A stretch of DNA of 64,000 nt from Octopus sinensis (taxonomy: Eukaryota). The notes beneath the pieces were generated by a model. The model had not been told where the DNA came from. It saw only the letters and a list, made by a program, of their open reading frames with translations, and made no database searches. Shown one piece after another: positions 52,730 through 64,000 of this stretch; the first letter of the stretch is position 1; each line of letters opens with the position of its first letter. The stretch spans positions 17,918,001-17,982,000 of the forward strand of contig NC_043002.1 of NCBI RefSeq assembly GCF_006345805.1, read 5' to 3'. Made by a program: the position numbers and the translations under genes.

Positions 52730-52920
52730 ACCATGTGTGTATCGTTGGCGATTTTCTTCCTCCGTATTCCCTTCCTTTGGATTTACATCTATTTCTGAAC
52801 AAGAGCTTAGCTCGAAGCGTTAAATCCTCTTTCCTTCCTTTCCTGAGCGTCTGATAATACATTACTTCTACCACGTCCTCGCGTTAATGTTTTTTACTTG
52901 TTTGTTATATGTTTCGATTC
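52730..52920 (+). repeat. Short repeat containing a decayed minimal hammerhead (52779-52827)
   Basis: ggattt...ttt CTGAACA A GAGC tta GCTC GAAG C GTT aaatcc. Confidence 0.5.
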
Positions 52921-52934
52921 AGTATATATATATA

Positions 52935-53070
52935 TATACGTCGAGCTTCTTTCGGTTTCCGTCTATCAAGCTTCGGTCTACACGAAGCTCTACTAGAAGA
53001 TAATTGCCCCAAGTGCCACTGAACTCGGAACTATGTGGTTGGTAAACAATCTTCTTACCACACAGCCATT
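52935..53070 (-). mobile_element. SINE-A 5' fragment
   Basis: cttctttcggtttccgtcta...gaactcggaactatgtggttggtaaac..cttaccacacagcc. Confidence 0.7.
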
Positions 53071-53609
53071 CGTTTCTTAAATTCCGCAGTTATTAGATTT
53101 AAAAATTTATTTCAGAAAATAAAAATAGTGTTATTTGATCCCAAGAAAGTTTCGGTTATTTTACCAAAACTAGTAATAAGATACTTGTTGCAATGATTCT
53201 ATATATTTTAAAGTTATTAATAGTCAAAAATAAAAGAGCGTCTTTGTACATGGGTTTCATGTAGCCAAATTTTAACTTTTCTTCTGAAATAAAAGTGAAA
53301 AAATTTTATTCTTCTATTTTTCTCCACAAATAGAAAAACGCGATTTTCTATTTGTGTAAACGACATTTACTTGTCTGTAACAGATTGACAATAAGACAAG
53401 AATTCGTCGTCTATATATACGAAAATAGATATATTTATTTCACAAAAATACAAATTTAGATGGTTAGGATTGGCGAATAAATAGACTTAACTGCATTGTT
53501 CTAAGTATGTGGTATATCAATGCAGCGCGCTATGGAATGGCAGAGAGTGGTAGTGTATGTGTAGAAAAGCGAAAAAGAGAATAATTTAATAGATCAACGC
53601 AATATTTAT

Positions 53610-53654
<45 letters not shown>

Positions 53655-53690
53655 TATTATTATTATTATTATATACATATATATATATAT

Positions 53691-53843
53691 GGCTTGTGGT
53701 AAGTAGCTTGGTTACAAACCACATGGTTCCGGGTTCAGTCCCACTGCGTGGCACGTTGGGTAAGTGTCTTCTACTATAGCCTCGGGCCGCCCAAAGCCTT
53801 GTGAGTGGATTTGGTAGACGGAAACTGAAAGAAGCCAGTTGTA

Positions 53844-53902
<59 letters not shown>

Positions 53903-54125
53903 GTGTGTGTTTCAGTGTCTGCGTTTGCCCCCCCCCCCTCCCAACATCGCTTGAAACCGATGCTGGTGTGTTTACGTCCCCGAAACCCAGCGGTTCGGCA
54001 AAAGAGACCGATAGAATAAGTACTAGGCTTACAAAGATTAAGTCCTGGGGTCGAATTGCTCGACTAGAGGCGGTGCTCCAGCTCGGCCGCAGTCAAATGA
54101 CTGAAACAAATAAAAAAGTAAAAGG
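53691..54125 (+). mobile_element. SINE-A
   Basis: Matches the SINE-A consensus. Confidence 0.9.
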
Positions 54126-57100
54126 GAGCAAATCAGTGTACTTGTTTTAATAATGTACCAAATAAGAGTGCTTTTAATAACAATTTCATAATAATCCTTT
54201 AAGAGTACGAAACTTTACTGCTAATGAGAGCCTCTCCTGATTAATATAAAGTTGTATATACCCCATATTTGTTTACAACTGCCCAAAGTATATTACTAAA
54301 TTTTCACTAATCCTCACTTGAATAAACGATAATAATCTATGCATGTAGCATATACTATATTATATTACATCATATTATATTATATTATATCACAAAGCTA
54401 TTTATCACATGCAAGACTTATCCTAGTTTTATATATTCTCTCGATGAAACATCATGCACGTTGTATGTAAATTTATAATACAAACAACGGGCTCCCTGAC
54501 CTCAAACGCGTTGACTAGTTTTCCCTGATTTGCAAACACTTTAACTCTGCCACTAACAGAAAAAAACTATTTAAACTCCACTGAGAGTTCTCAAAGCAAT
54601 TTTTCCTACTTCAGTTTTGTATTGTCTTGGAAATCGTTCTTTCCCACAGATTTCAACGGATATAACTTTCTAAGAGCCCATAGGCAGATTCGGGTGTAAT
54701 ATGTATATTATTATTTTTCTACTTCATCAACAAGAATTCATTGTTTCAAAAAAATTATATCACAGATTCCTGTAATCCTGTCATTAGAACATTTCCGTTT
54801 TGGATATCCAGCTGAACAAATGTGGTGCATTTGTCCATCTATTTTAAAATTTACAATCCATTCTTAGGCATTCCATTCCGGCAAAATAACTATAATGCAA
54901 TGTTTTCGGTGACTTTTGGATTACGAAACACTTTCTTGCCACAGAAAACTGATAACATATCGCTTCAAGAAAACTGAGAGATTATCTTAATAACGACGAC
55001 AGATACATTGAAGTTTATTGTTCAAACCTGCATTGCAATGGCTAGAGATATACCATAAGTACGAATGTAAGTGCGACTTATATTTCTGATAAGATTCATA
55101 TGTATTTTTGCATTTAGGAATGGTCATTTTGCCAGCTTAGCCAATAAAAACACACGCACTATATATTTGGTGTTACTTTGCTTCAGCGTTATTTATTTTT
55201 TACATTAATCTTAATCTTATTTCGGCCAGAGTTCTTTCGTCACACTCCTGTAACTGCATCAGTGGTCCTTTGCTTTCTTCTTTCTTATTTGTGTGTCTCT
55301 CCTTACTAACGGTCAGCCATTTTGTATTTTGTATTTCTATTGTATGTGTCTTCATTTGCGCGTGCGTATATCTCTATGTGTGTCTATCAAAAATCTTGCA
55401 AAACAAATATATAAACGTAAGATTTATATGTACATTACCCAAAATACATAGCCCACTTCGTGTATAAAGCATATGTCTGTCCATATGTGTGCATGTGTGT
55501 ACATACGTGTGCGCGTTTGTATACATAAATGGTGAATATGCTTGAAACACTTTGAGTAATGAATAGAAGTTAGGTAAACTATGTATGGCGATGAGAATAA
55601 ATGAAAACAAAGAGAAAAAGATATTTGGTATATTTCTCATACATTATGAATTATAAAATTTATAGCTGTGAAATATTTGTTTACAGACGTTTTTGTTATC
55701 CTTTCGGATGAAAAGACAGCGATTTAGTTTGACTGAGAGGCATCAGTAAAATTATAAACATGGAATCATCTTGCAATGAACGGGAATCAAATACTTTGTG
55801 AAATGTGGATTTTATTCCACACACCGTGCTACAAAGTCTGGAATAAAACTACGGTACAGAATTAGATTTAATTGTCTTAGAATTGAACATATAAAAAACA
55901 CAAGTAAAATCCATGTATTATATAATGTAATAAATAGATACATATGTGTATATGTGTGTGTGTGTGCGTATATGTGTGTGTTTGTGCATTTGTGTATGTG
56001 CGTGCGTATGTGTGTGTGTTTATGTGTGTGTGCGTGTGTGTGTGTATTTATGTGTGTGTGTGTGTATGTGTGTGTGTGTGTGTGTGCGTGTGTGTGTGTG
56101 TGTGTGTGTGAGTGTGTGTGTAGTTATATATAATATATGATATTTCATAAATTTAATGTTATTGTCTGCTGAGTATAACATAGGTTTCGGAATCTCATTA
56201 AAAACATTGACCGAACAAAGGAGCGTAGTAGAGGTTGTAATAAAACGTGTGTGAGACACTCTCTTTCCCTATGCGTCTATGTGTGTATGTGTGTATGTCT
56301 GTGTGCGTATTTGAATGTGTGTGTATTTGGATTTGTGTGTACGTTCTGTGTCATGACAAAAGTTTGTAGATAGAAAGCTATTTGTTGTGTGATATGTGTA
56401 TATATGTTTGCGTTTACATATGTATGCTTGCATGCGTGGATATATGCACACACGCACTCATACACACACACGCACACACAGACACACACACACATATATA
56501 TACATATATTGATGCATACACATGCTTATATTTCCACATATATATATATCGTTAGATGCACATATATGTATACTATAGTTGTGTATACATATATGTAGAT
56601 GTGTGTGTGCACGTGTGTGTGTGCATGTGTGTTTGTGTGTTTGTGTGTGTGAGTGACTGTGTCCGTGTGACTATGTATTTAGATACATACACACACACAA
56701 ATATTTGTAACTGCTATCTGCATAATCATATAGAAAGATATACATATGTACACATATATGTATATGTCTGTGCGTGTATATGTATTTACATATATTTACT
56801 TATGTACGTAAGCATATCCGTTCCTTCATGAATATACATATACGTTCATATTTATAAATACATACCTATATGTGGAAGTGAATTTGTACGTTTGAAGAAC
56901 ATAAAGTTCTGCTAATTTCTTTCATATTAATACTACAAACCATTACTTCGTATATGTTATGTTCAAATAAACGTAACCAAATGGAAGCTTTTGAAATTCT
57001 TCTGATTCTTTCTTTTTTCTCTTTCTCTTATATTGCTTTCAATTTCAGGAGAAGTTTAGTTACAAATACATAAAGTAGATATAGCTTGAAGATATACATA

Positions 57101-57837
57101 AATTGAGTTTTACAAGGTAAAAGTAAATTATGGCTTGTATTATCAATTCAATAGCGCCGAAGCTTTGAAATCCATATAATACTAAGAAATATTTCAGTAT
57201 ATATATTCTGAATAAAATGCAGTAGGTTCTGTCACCTATTGTGCTATTAGGAATCCGAAATATTCTAAATAATATCACTATATTATCAATTACTTTGCTA
57301 TGCATTTTGGTTTCATTAATTCTCGTTTGGTATTTGATTGTGGCTACAATCCTTATAATGTTTGAAAGATATTAGATCCTACATTCTCAAATTTGAATGC
57401 ATAATTTTCTTTGATATACTAACGGTACGTTTATTGCGAAAAAGTTTTCATTGTATACAAACATGTTAGCTTTCTTTAAGTTCTTTGTTATAAGCGGTAG
57501 ATAGCAGTTAATGAAATAACATCTCAACTCTGAAACCTAAGATAATATCTCTTTCTGGATCCAACTTGCTGGTGATTATATCCCGTCTTCATAGAGTTAC
57601 GTTGCCGAGGTCTGTATTTCTTCGGCTATCGAGTTAGAATATTATATGCAGCTTTTCCTCTGGAAGGAATCGAACTTCTAACTGCAAGCTAACGATTCGC
57701 TCGTCAGTTTGTTTCCGCTGATTTCTACCATCATAGATGTAAGAACATCTGCGCGCTTGCATAATATCCAAGACTCGCCACACAAATAACTACATACAGA
57801 TATAATAAAGAAAAGCGTTATGGAACCCTCTGTAAAT

Positions 57838-58387
57838 GGCACTCCGTCGGTTACGACGACGAATGTTCCAGCTGACTTGAAATTAATTTGCAAGCGACTG
57901 AGCACTCCACAAATATGCGTACCTTTAACGTAGTTCTCAAAGAGATACAACCTGACGCAGAATGTAAATACCTTGGCCCTTTGAATTACAGGATCAACAC
58001 ATTTTTGCCAGTTGAGTGCACTGGGTGTAGGCACGTGGTTTAGTGGTTAGGGTGTTAACATCATGATCGTAAGATTATAGTTTCGATTCCTGGAGCGGGT
58101 GACACGTTGTGTTCTTGAGCAAAACACTTCATTTCACGTTGCTCCAGTCCACTCAGCTGGCAAAAATGAGTAACGCTGCGTATGTGTTGGGGAACACATA
58201 CGCCCTTGAACCTGGGAAACCGAGCCCGTGAGACTGGCTAGGCTTTAAAAGGGCACATTTATTTTTATTTTGAGTGCACTGGGGCAACGGGAAATAGGTC
58301 TCGTTCAAGGATGCAACACACCACCAAGGAAGGAACTAACTACCTAACGATCGTGAACTGTATACCCTAACGACTAAGCCACGCGCT
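57838..58387 (-). mobile_element. Older SINE-C-type element interrupted by a younger SINE
   Basis: 57838-58011 is the reverse complement of the 34720-34905 body (gagaactacgtta..gtggagtgctcag..cgtcgtaaccgacggagtgc); the head lies at 58284-58387. Confidence 0.8.
58026..58269 (+). mobile_element. SINE-C variant with 14-bp TSD
   Basis: tRNA-like head gtaggcacgtggtttagtggttagggtg...gtttcgattcctgg; TSD ttgagtgcactggg at 58012-58025 and 58270-58283. Confidence 0.85.
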
Positions 58388-60172
58388 TTGACCATCTGTA
58401 CCCAACGCTTAAACAACATGCAACAGGAACCCTCGAGATAGCTAGAAATGATAAGTTTCATATTAATGATAGCCTCTGTTGTGTATCCCAATATTGCATT
58501 TCAAAACTAGACTTGAAAAAAATTGTTTTTTTGAATACTTGAACAACCAGCAACGAAGAAAACTATACATTGCTCAGAAGGGTAAGGACCGAAATAGTGT
58601 ACTGCTCCCATGCATCGGATCATGCTGCTGTATACAGTCTCTCGAGATAGTATCCAAAGAAAACCAACAGGCTCGGTATAGAATTGCTTACTTCTCATTC
58701 CAATTCCTGGTCCAGGATCGTTGTCTCCAAACTTACCTTTTTTTCTTAATGGTCTAGGCCTTTCATAAATAGTTAATAACATGAAACTTCAATTCAGATA
58801 TTTCAAAATCACATGCTTTTTTCCTTTCATTATCCATATTGTCACATAAACCCACTTTCTATATTATTATCTATACCGACTCCACTCCAAAACACCTGCA
58901 GTCTTGAATTTTGACCTTGCCAATGATTTTCCTGCAGCACTCTACTTCTAACAAAGTGGGTAATGAAATATTGAAAAGAGTTTTCCTACAAAAATCACAA
59001 ATAGCAGATCAGTGTTTCATAATCAGTCGTATGATAGAGCTGACTTAACAACAGCAAACCTCATATAACTTATTGGGGAAAACATGGAACTCTTTGTGGT
59101 TGTCTGAAATAATTCATTCGACTTCGCTGCCTTCGTTGGAAATTTGCAAAATTTGAAAATAAATAATATCTCCAAATTTCGGTGGTGAAAAGCTAGCCAT
59201 TTGGGAGGAATGGTGAGTCGATTACATCAACTACAGTGCTCAACTGATACTTATTTTATCGACCCCGACTGAATGAAAAGGAGAAAAGTAGATCGAAGTA
59301 GAACACAAAGACGTGTGAAATGCCGCCTAGCCCGATGTGCTACAGATTTTCCCAGCTCGCCGCCATGTTACTTATTTTGCTCCAAATAAATACAAGGTGC
59401 CTATATTCTACAGATGGACAAAGTAACTAATCCAATCCCGCTCGCAAAAATACATGGTGCAAAAAGAAAAAAAAAAGGTCTCTGATATTTTCCACGGTCA
59501 TTGGCATGATGTTAGTGTAGTTAGGAAGATGTAAATTCGGTAATGTCTTATCGTAATTACTATTACGTGTTTGAACAGTCCAACACTTTCTCGCTGCTGT
59601 CAAAGCTTTTATCATGAATGGTAAATTCAGGTATTTTGCCGTACTCATGGTTTCAACGCCTTGGATTATAAACATGTATCAAGGCTCACTAATGTCAGTG
59701 TGCTAGAGATAATACCATCTGTAATTCTGATGAAGATCGACCAGATTTTATCGATGAATGGCCGTTGTATATAACAAAGTTGCATGTTAAATTTTTTGTA
59801 GTTTATTCTTCACTTTCGACGAGTAAAAGAGAAAGAAGAATTAGATTCTTTATTCTTCACCACACCACAACTTATATATAGAACACCGCAGGGAAATTTC
59901 TTATGAAAGCTTGTCAGACAATGCCGGTTATCGTCTGTTTCAACGGATTTAAATGTTTTACTCTTTCTCTCTCTCTCTTCATCTTTCTTTCTCACTCTCT
60001 CACTTACTCACTCTACTCTCCTCCTCCCCTTCTCTTTTCCGCCATCACCCTCTTTCTCTTTCTCTCTATCTCTCCTTCTCTCTCTCTCCGCTTGTTTAGA
60101 TGGATGTGTGTTGTGAAAATTTGTAACCAGCGTCAGTTTCTGTCCCCGATAGTGCATAATATATATATATAT

Positions 60173-60540
60173 ACTAGCAGTATCGCCCGGCGTTGCTCGG
60201 GTTTGTAAGGGAAATAACTATATAAGCATTTTTAGAGAGTTATAGCCCAAAAATAGCAAAAAATGATGGTAATTTTTTTTCAAATCGTTGACTCATCGTA
60301 GACATTTTAGAGAGTTACTTCCCTTATATAATAGCGAAAAAATGCATTAAAATGGAAAAAAATTATGGTAATTTTTTTTTTAATCGTAGACTCATCGTAG
60401 ACGCGCGCTAATACCCAGAAGAGCTCGATATGAATCACGACTATAAGATACCCGGTTTTGGTTAAACTGCACCGCAAAATGTGGAAGTAGTTAGGAATCT
60501 AAATCGTAGGAGACGAACACACAACCTTACTTTTATATAT
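60173..60540 (+). mobile_element. Non-autonomous rolling-circle (Helitron/Helentron-type) element, copy 1
   Basis: Begins actagc within (TA)n, followed by a GC hairpin (cccggcgttgctcggg); ends cttttatatat; internal duplication of gactcatcgtagac; no ORF. Confidence 0.55.
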
Positions 60541-61022
60541 ATATAACTCATTGTTCTCATGGTTTTGTCTTTTACATTTTTTACTGTTTTGTTCTCACTG
60601 TCCTGTTCTTGTTACCACTTTCACCCTCCGCAAAAAATCACAAATTTTATTTAAATTGCTTTGCGGGAAGAACAGTTTCACAGAAGTCGCGTCTTGTCCT
60701 TACCTTCAAACGAGGAGTAGATGAAACAGGGACAATTGAAAGAAGGGGGAATATTCTTTATGTTGTATGTTTCGTTTTTCTATGTTTTTTTTTTCGTTGT
60801 TTGAAAAAAAGTTCGTTTCTATGATTTTGTATGTTTTCATTTCTCATTTTGTTCAACTTTTTTTGATGTCCTGTACCCATATATATACATATATATGTAG
60901 GTATGTAAATATATGTATGTATATATGCATATATTTATATATAATTTATATTATTATATATATACATATATATATAAAGAGAGGGGGAGGAAGAGAGAGA
61001 TGTATATATATCTTTATATATA

Positions 61023-61378
61023 AAATTTAGATACCTAACTACTCCCACATTTTGCGTTGCAGTTTAACCAAAACCGGGTATCTTATAGTCGTGATTCATA
61101 TCAAGCCCTTCTGGGTATTAGCGCGCGTCTACGATGAGTCTACGATTTAAAAATAAATTACCATCATTTTTTTCCATTTTAATGCATTTTTTCGCTATTA
61201 TATAAGGGAAGTAACCCGCTAAAATGTCTACGATGAGTCAACGATTTTTTGAAAAATTTACCATCGTTTTTTTTTTCATTTTAATGTATTTTTTTGCTAT
61301 TTTTGGGCTATAACTCTCTAAAAATGCTTATATAGTTATTTCCCTTACAAACCCGAGCAACGCCGGGCGATACTGCTA

Positions 61379-61382
<4 letters not shown>
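61023..61382 (-). mobile_element. Same element, copy 2, opposite orientation and 3'-truncated
   Basis: Reverse complement of 60173-60505. Confidence 0.6.
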
Positions 61383-61431
<49 letters not shown>

Positions 61432-61696
61432 TGTATACACATGTATGTTTATATATATATATATATACAAAATATGGGGTTTTAATTGTTCATTTCCTTA
61501 TTCCTTTACTCCCGTCCGGTATGTCGTCATTTCATTAATCTATATCCTTCTCATTTTCCCTATTTGTCTCTGATGACAGAATATCCCATACTCTAGGTAT
61601 CCCAGAAACAGCTGTAGCACTTTGAAGTGTTTTCCAATAATAATGTGTATGACTTGAGATGTTTGCCTTGCAATGAAGTGTTTTTCCTCTTTAACA

Positions 61697-61782
<86 letters not shown>

Positions 61783-61791
61783 TATATATAT

Positions 61792-61822
<31 letters not shown>

Positions 61823-62850
61823 GTATATATATATATGTGGTGTGTGTGTGTGTGTGTGTATACATAATTCAGAAAAAAATAGAAGTCAAACATGTTACGA
61901 TCGTTTCCGTAAACGAACCTTCTTCATTCCACACCACATGTAAAGTTATGCAGTCCATGCAATATAGAATTATAAGCTGTTTGTGTTTCAGATCACGATG
62001 ACCGAGGAAGTGAATGCACAGTAATTTTATTACATTAGATTCATATAATGCATGCATTACATGACATTATATGTGGTATAGAATAATCAACATTCGTTTA
62101 TGGAAATCATCGCAACATCTACTTCACTTCTCCTTCCCTTTATTAGATTAATTGTTAGTTACTCTGTAAGGCCTATATCATGCATAGAGGAACCTACCTT
62201 AATTTCGTAAAGTGCTCTTTTTAGTCTAATTTTCTCTTTCGGCATAACTGATTTTCGTTGGTTATTGGAATTCGACGCTCACCAGGATCTATATATATAT
62301 TGTGTGAAACGTATGACAGGAAGACAAGGTACGAAAAAAAAAACGAACGCAAAGTGTTTCACGAATTATAAAACAAAAACAGAAACATGTAGGTATATAT
62401 TTATATGTGTTAGTGTTCCAATGTGTGTGGGGGTGAATGTGTATGTACACATACATGAACAGAGAAAGAAATAAGGAGAGGGTGATCATTATAATACTTA
62501 ATCAACGGACCTCAATATCAAATGCAGAGAAGCTATTTGGGATTTTAGTTAGTTTAAAACGCGGTTGCGCATTATTACTTTAACGCTGTAAACTTTACAA
62601 GTTGGAATGTAATTCAAGGCGTAATATGTGAAGAATTTCATTTAAAATTCATAAGTGAAATCTTACGTATACATTTTTTTTAATCATGTATACCTCATAT
62701 GTTTATTGCCTTCTTCTACACAGTTTATCCTTTTTCTGATTTTTTGTTATGTATTTGAATTTTAAAACTCACTATATTTTGTAAAAAAAAAGTTCTTTTC
62801 TCATTAATAACGTCTGTTTATGTTTTTTTTTTATATTAGAAAAATATTTT

Positions 62851-62899
62851 CATCATTACGTTATTTGATATTAAGGAAAATATATTTACATCGATTACA

Positions 62900-62945
<46 letters not shown>

Positions 62946-63015
62946 TATATATATATATTCATTACGTTATTTGATATTAAGGAAAATATATTTACATCGA
63001 TTACATAACTATATT
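62851..63015. repeat. Local direct duplication of about 55 bp separated by (TA)n
   Basis: cattacgttatttgatattaaggaaaatatatttacatcgattacataactat occurs twice. Confidence 0.85.
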
Positions 63016-63073
63016 ATATATATATATATATGTTATATATATATGTATATATATATGTATATATGTATGTATA

Positions 63074-63114
<41 letters not shown>

Positions 63115-63156
63115 ATATATATATGTATATATATATATGTATATATATATATATGT

Positions 63157-63196
<40 letters not shown>

Positions 63197-63197
63197 G

Positions 63198-63244
<47 letters not shown>

Positions 63245-63756
63245 ATATATATATATATCTGTGCGTGTGTGTGTGTGAGTGTTTGTGTCTGTGTGTCTGT
63301 GTGTATATTCTGTTCTCTAATTCATGTTAATGGAATGATACTTTTCAAACTAACTGAATTTGGTTTAATTGGAAAAAATAACCCTGTCTAATCGATGAAA
63401 CTTCATAAATATTTGAAACGTGGACAAATCAATGTACTCAATGAAATACCGTCTAGTATGGATAGGTATTAGTTTGGATGAGACGCGGTCATGGATCTCA
63501 TCACAGGATAATAAGTCCTGCTTTTGATGCAAACGAAACCCGTTCTCCTGTTTCGTGGTCCAGTAGTCAGCCACTACACTGGCTCCCTTATTTGAGCAGC
63601 TTCCTATCATTGTGAGGAGGGTGTCCGGATAATAACAAAATTTGTCAAAAGCTAGATGAGCCCATTACGGGCAAACGATCATTCACTTTGTGAAGGCAAT
63701 AGTAAACTACCCCAATATCTTCTTAATAGCTAAATTATCTAGTTATGTATCCATCT

Positions 63757-63760
63757 AGCC

Positions 63761-63840
<80 letters not shown>

Positions 63841-63866
63841 CTACAGACAGACAGACGACAGACAGA

Positions 63867-63945
<79 letters not shown>

Positions 63946-63946
63946 T

Positions 63947-64000
<54 letters not shown>
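63757..64000. repeat. (GACA)n microsatellite running off the window end
   Basis: Directly visible. Confidence 0.95.

Noticed and set aside
57678-58034. 118-aa minus-strand ORF
   Set aside because: Mostly overlaps a SINE body homologous to 34720-34905.
59727-59760. CTGATGA followed by a short hairpin
   Set aside because: No downstream GAAA core; a chance heptamer.

Overview
AT-rich eukaryotic non-coding DNA, saturated with (TA)n, (CA)n, (GATA)n, (GACA)n and trinucleotide microsatellites. The SINE families and base composition point to a coleoid cephalopod, most likely Octopus (inference). I found no host protein-coding exon I can support; almost all ORF-track entries are microsatellite or antisense-repeat artefacts. 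All convincing coding sequence is from transposable elements: two young 5'-truncated CR1/L2-group LINEs (9872-11826 +, 40134-41874 -), a Penelope-like GIY-YIG endonuclease fragment, Tx1/L1 and RTE-type LINE relics, and three mariner relics. There are also about 25 tRNA-type SINE copies from three families and two non-autonomous Helitron-like elements. The most interesting signals are: (i) a set of hammerhead-ribozyme (HHR) motifs from several repeat families, one nearly canonical (16785-16836, minus strand), with HHR-type palindromic stem-III motifs at or next to the breakpoints of two inverted duplications; (ii) a 3' terminal motif plus covarying hairpin shared by a LINE, a SINE and a third repeat end; (iii) a LINE insertion whose empty site is preserved in the adjacent tandem copy; (iv) several long inverted-repeat pairs that could form dsRNA. 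Family names come from motif recognition only, and many coordinates are approximate (about +/-20 bp).
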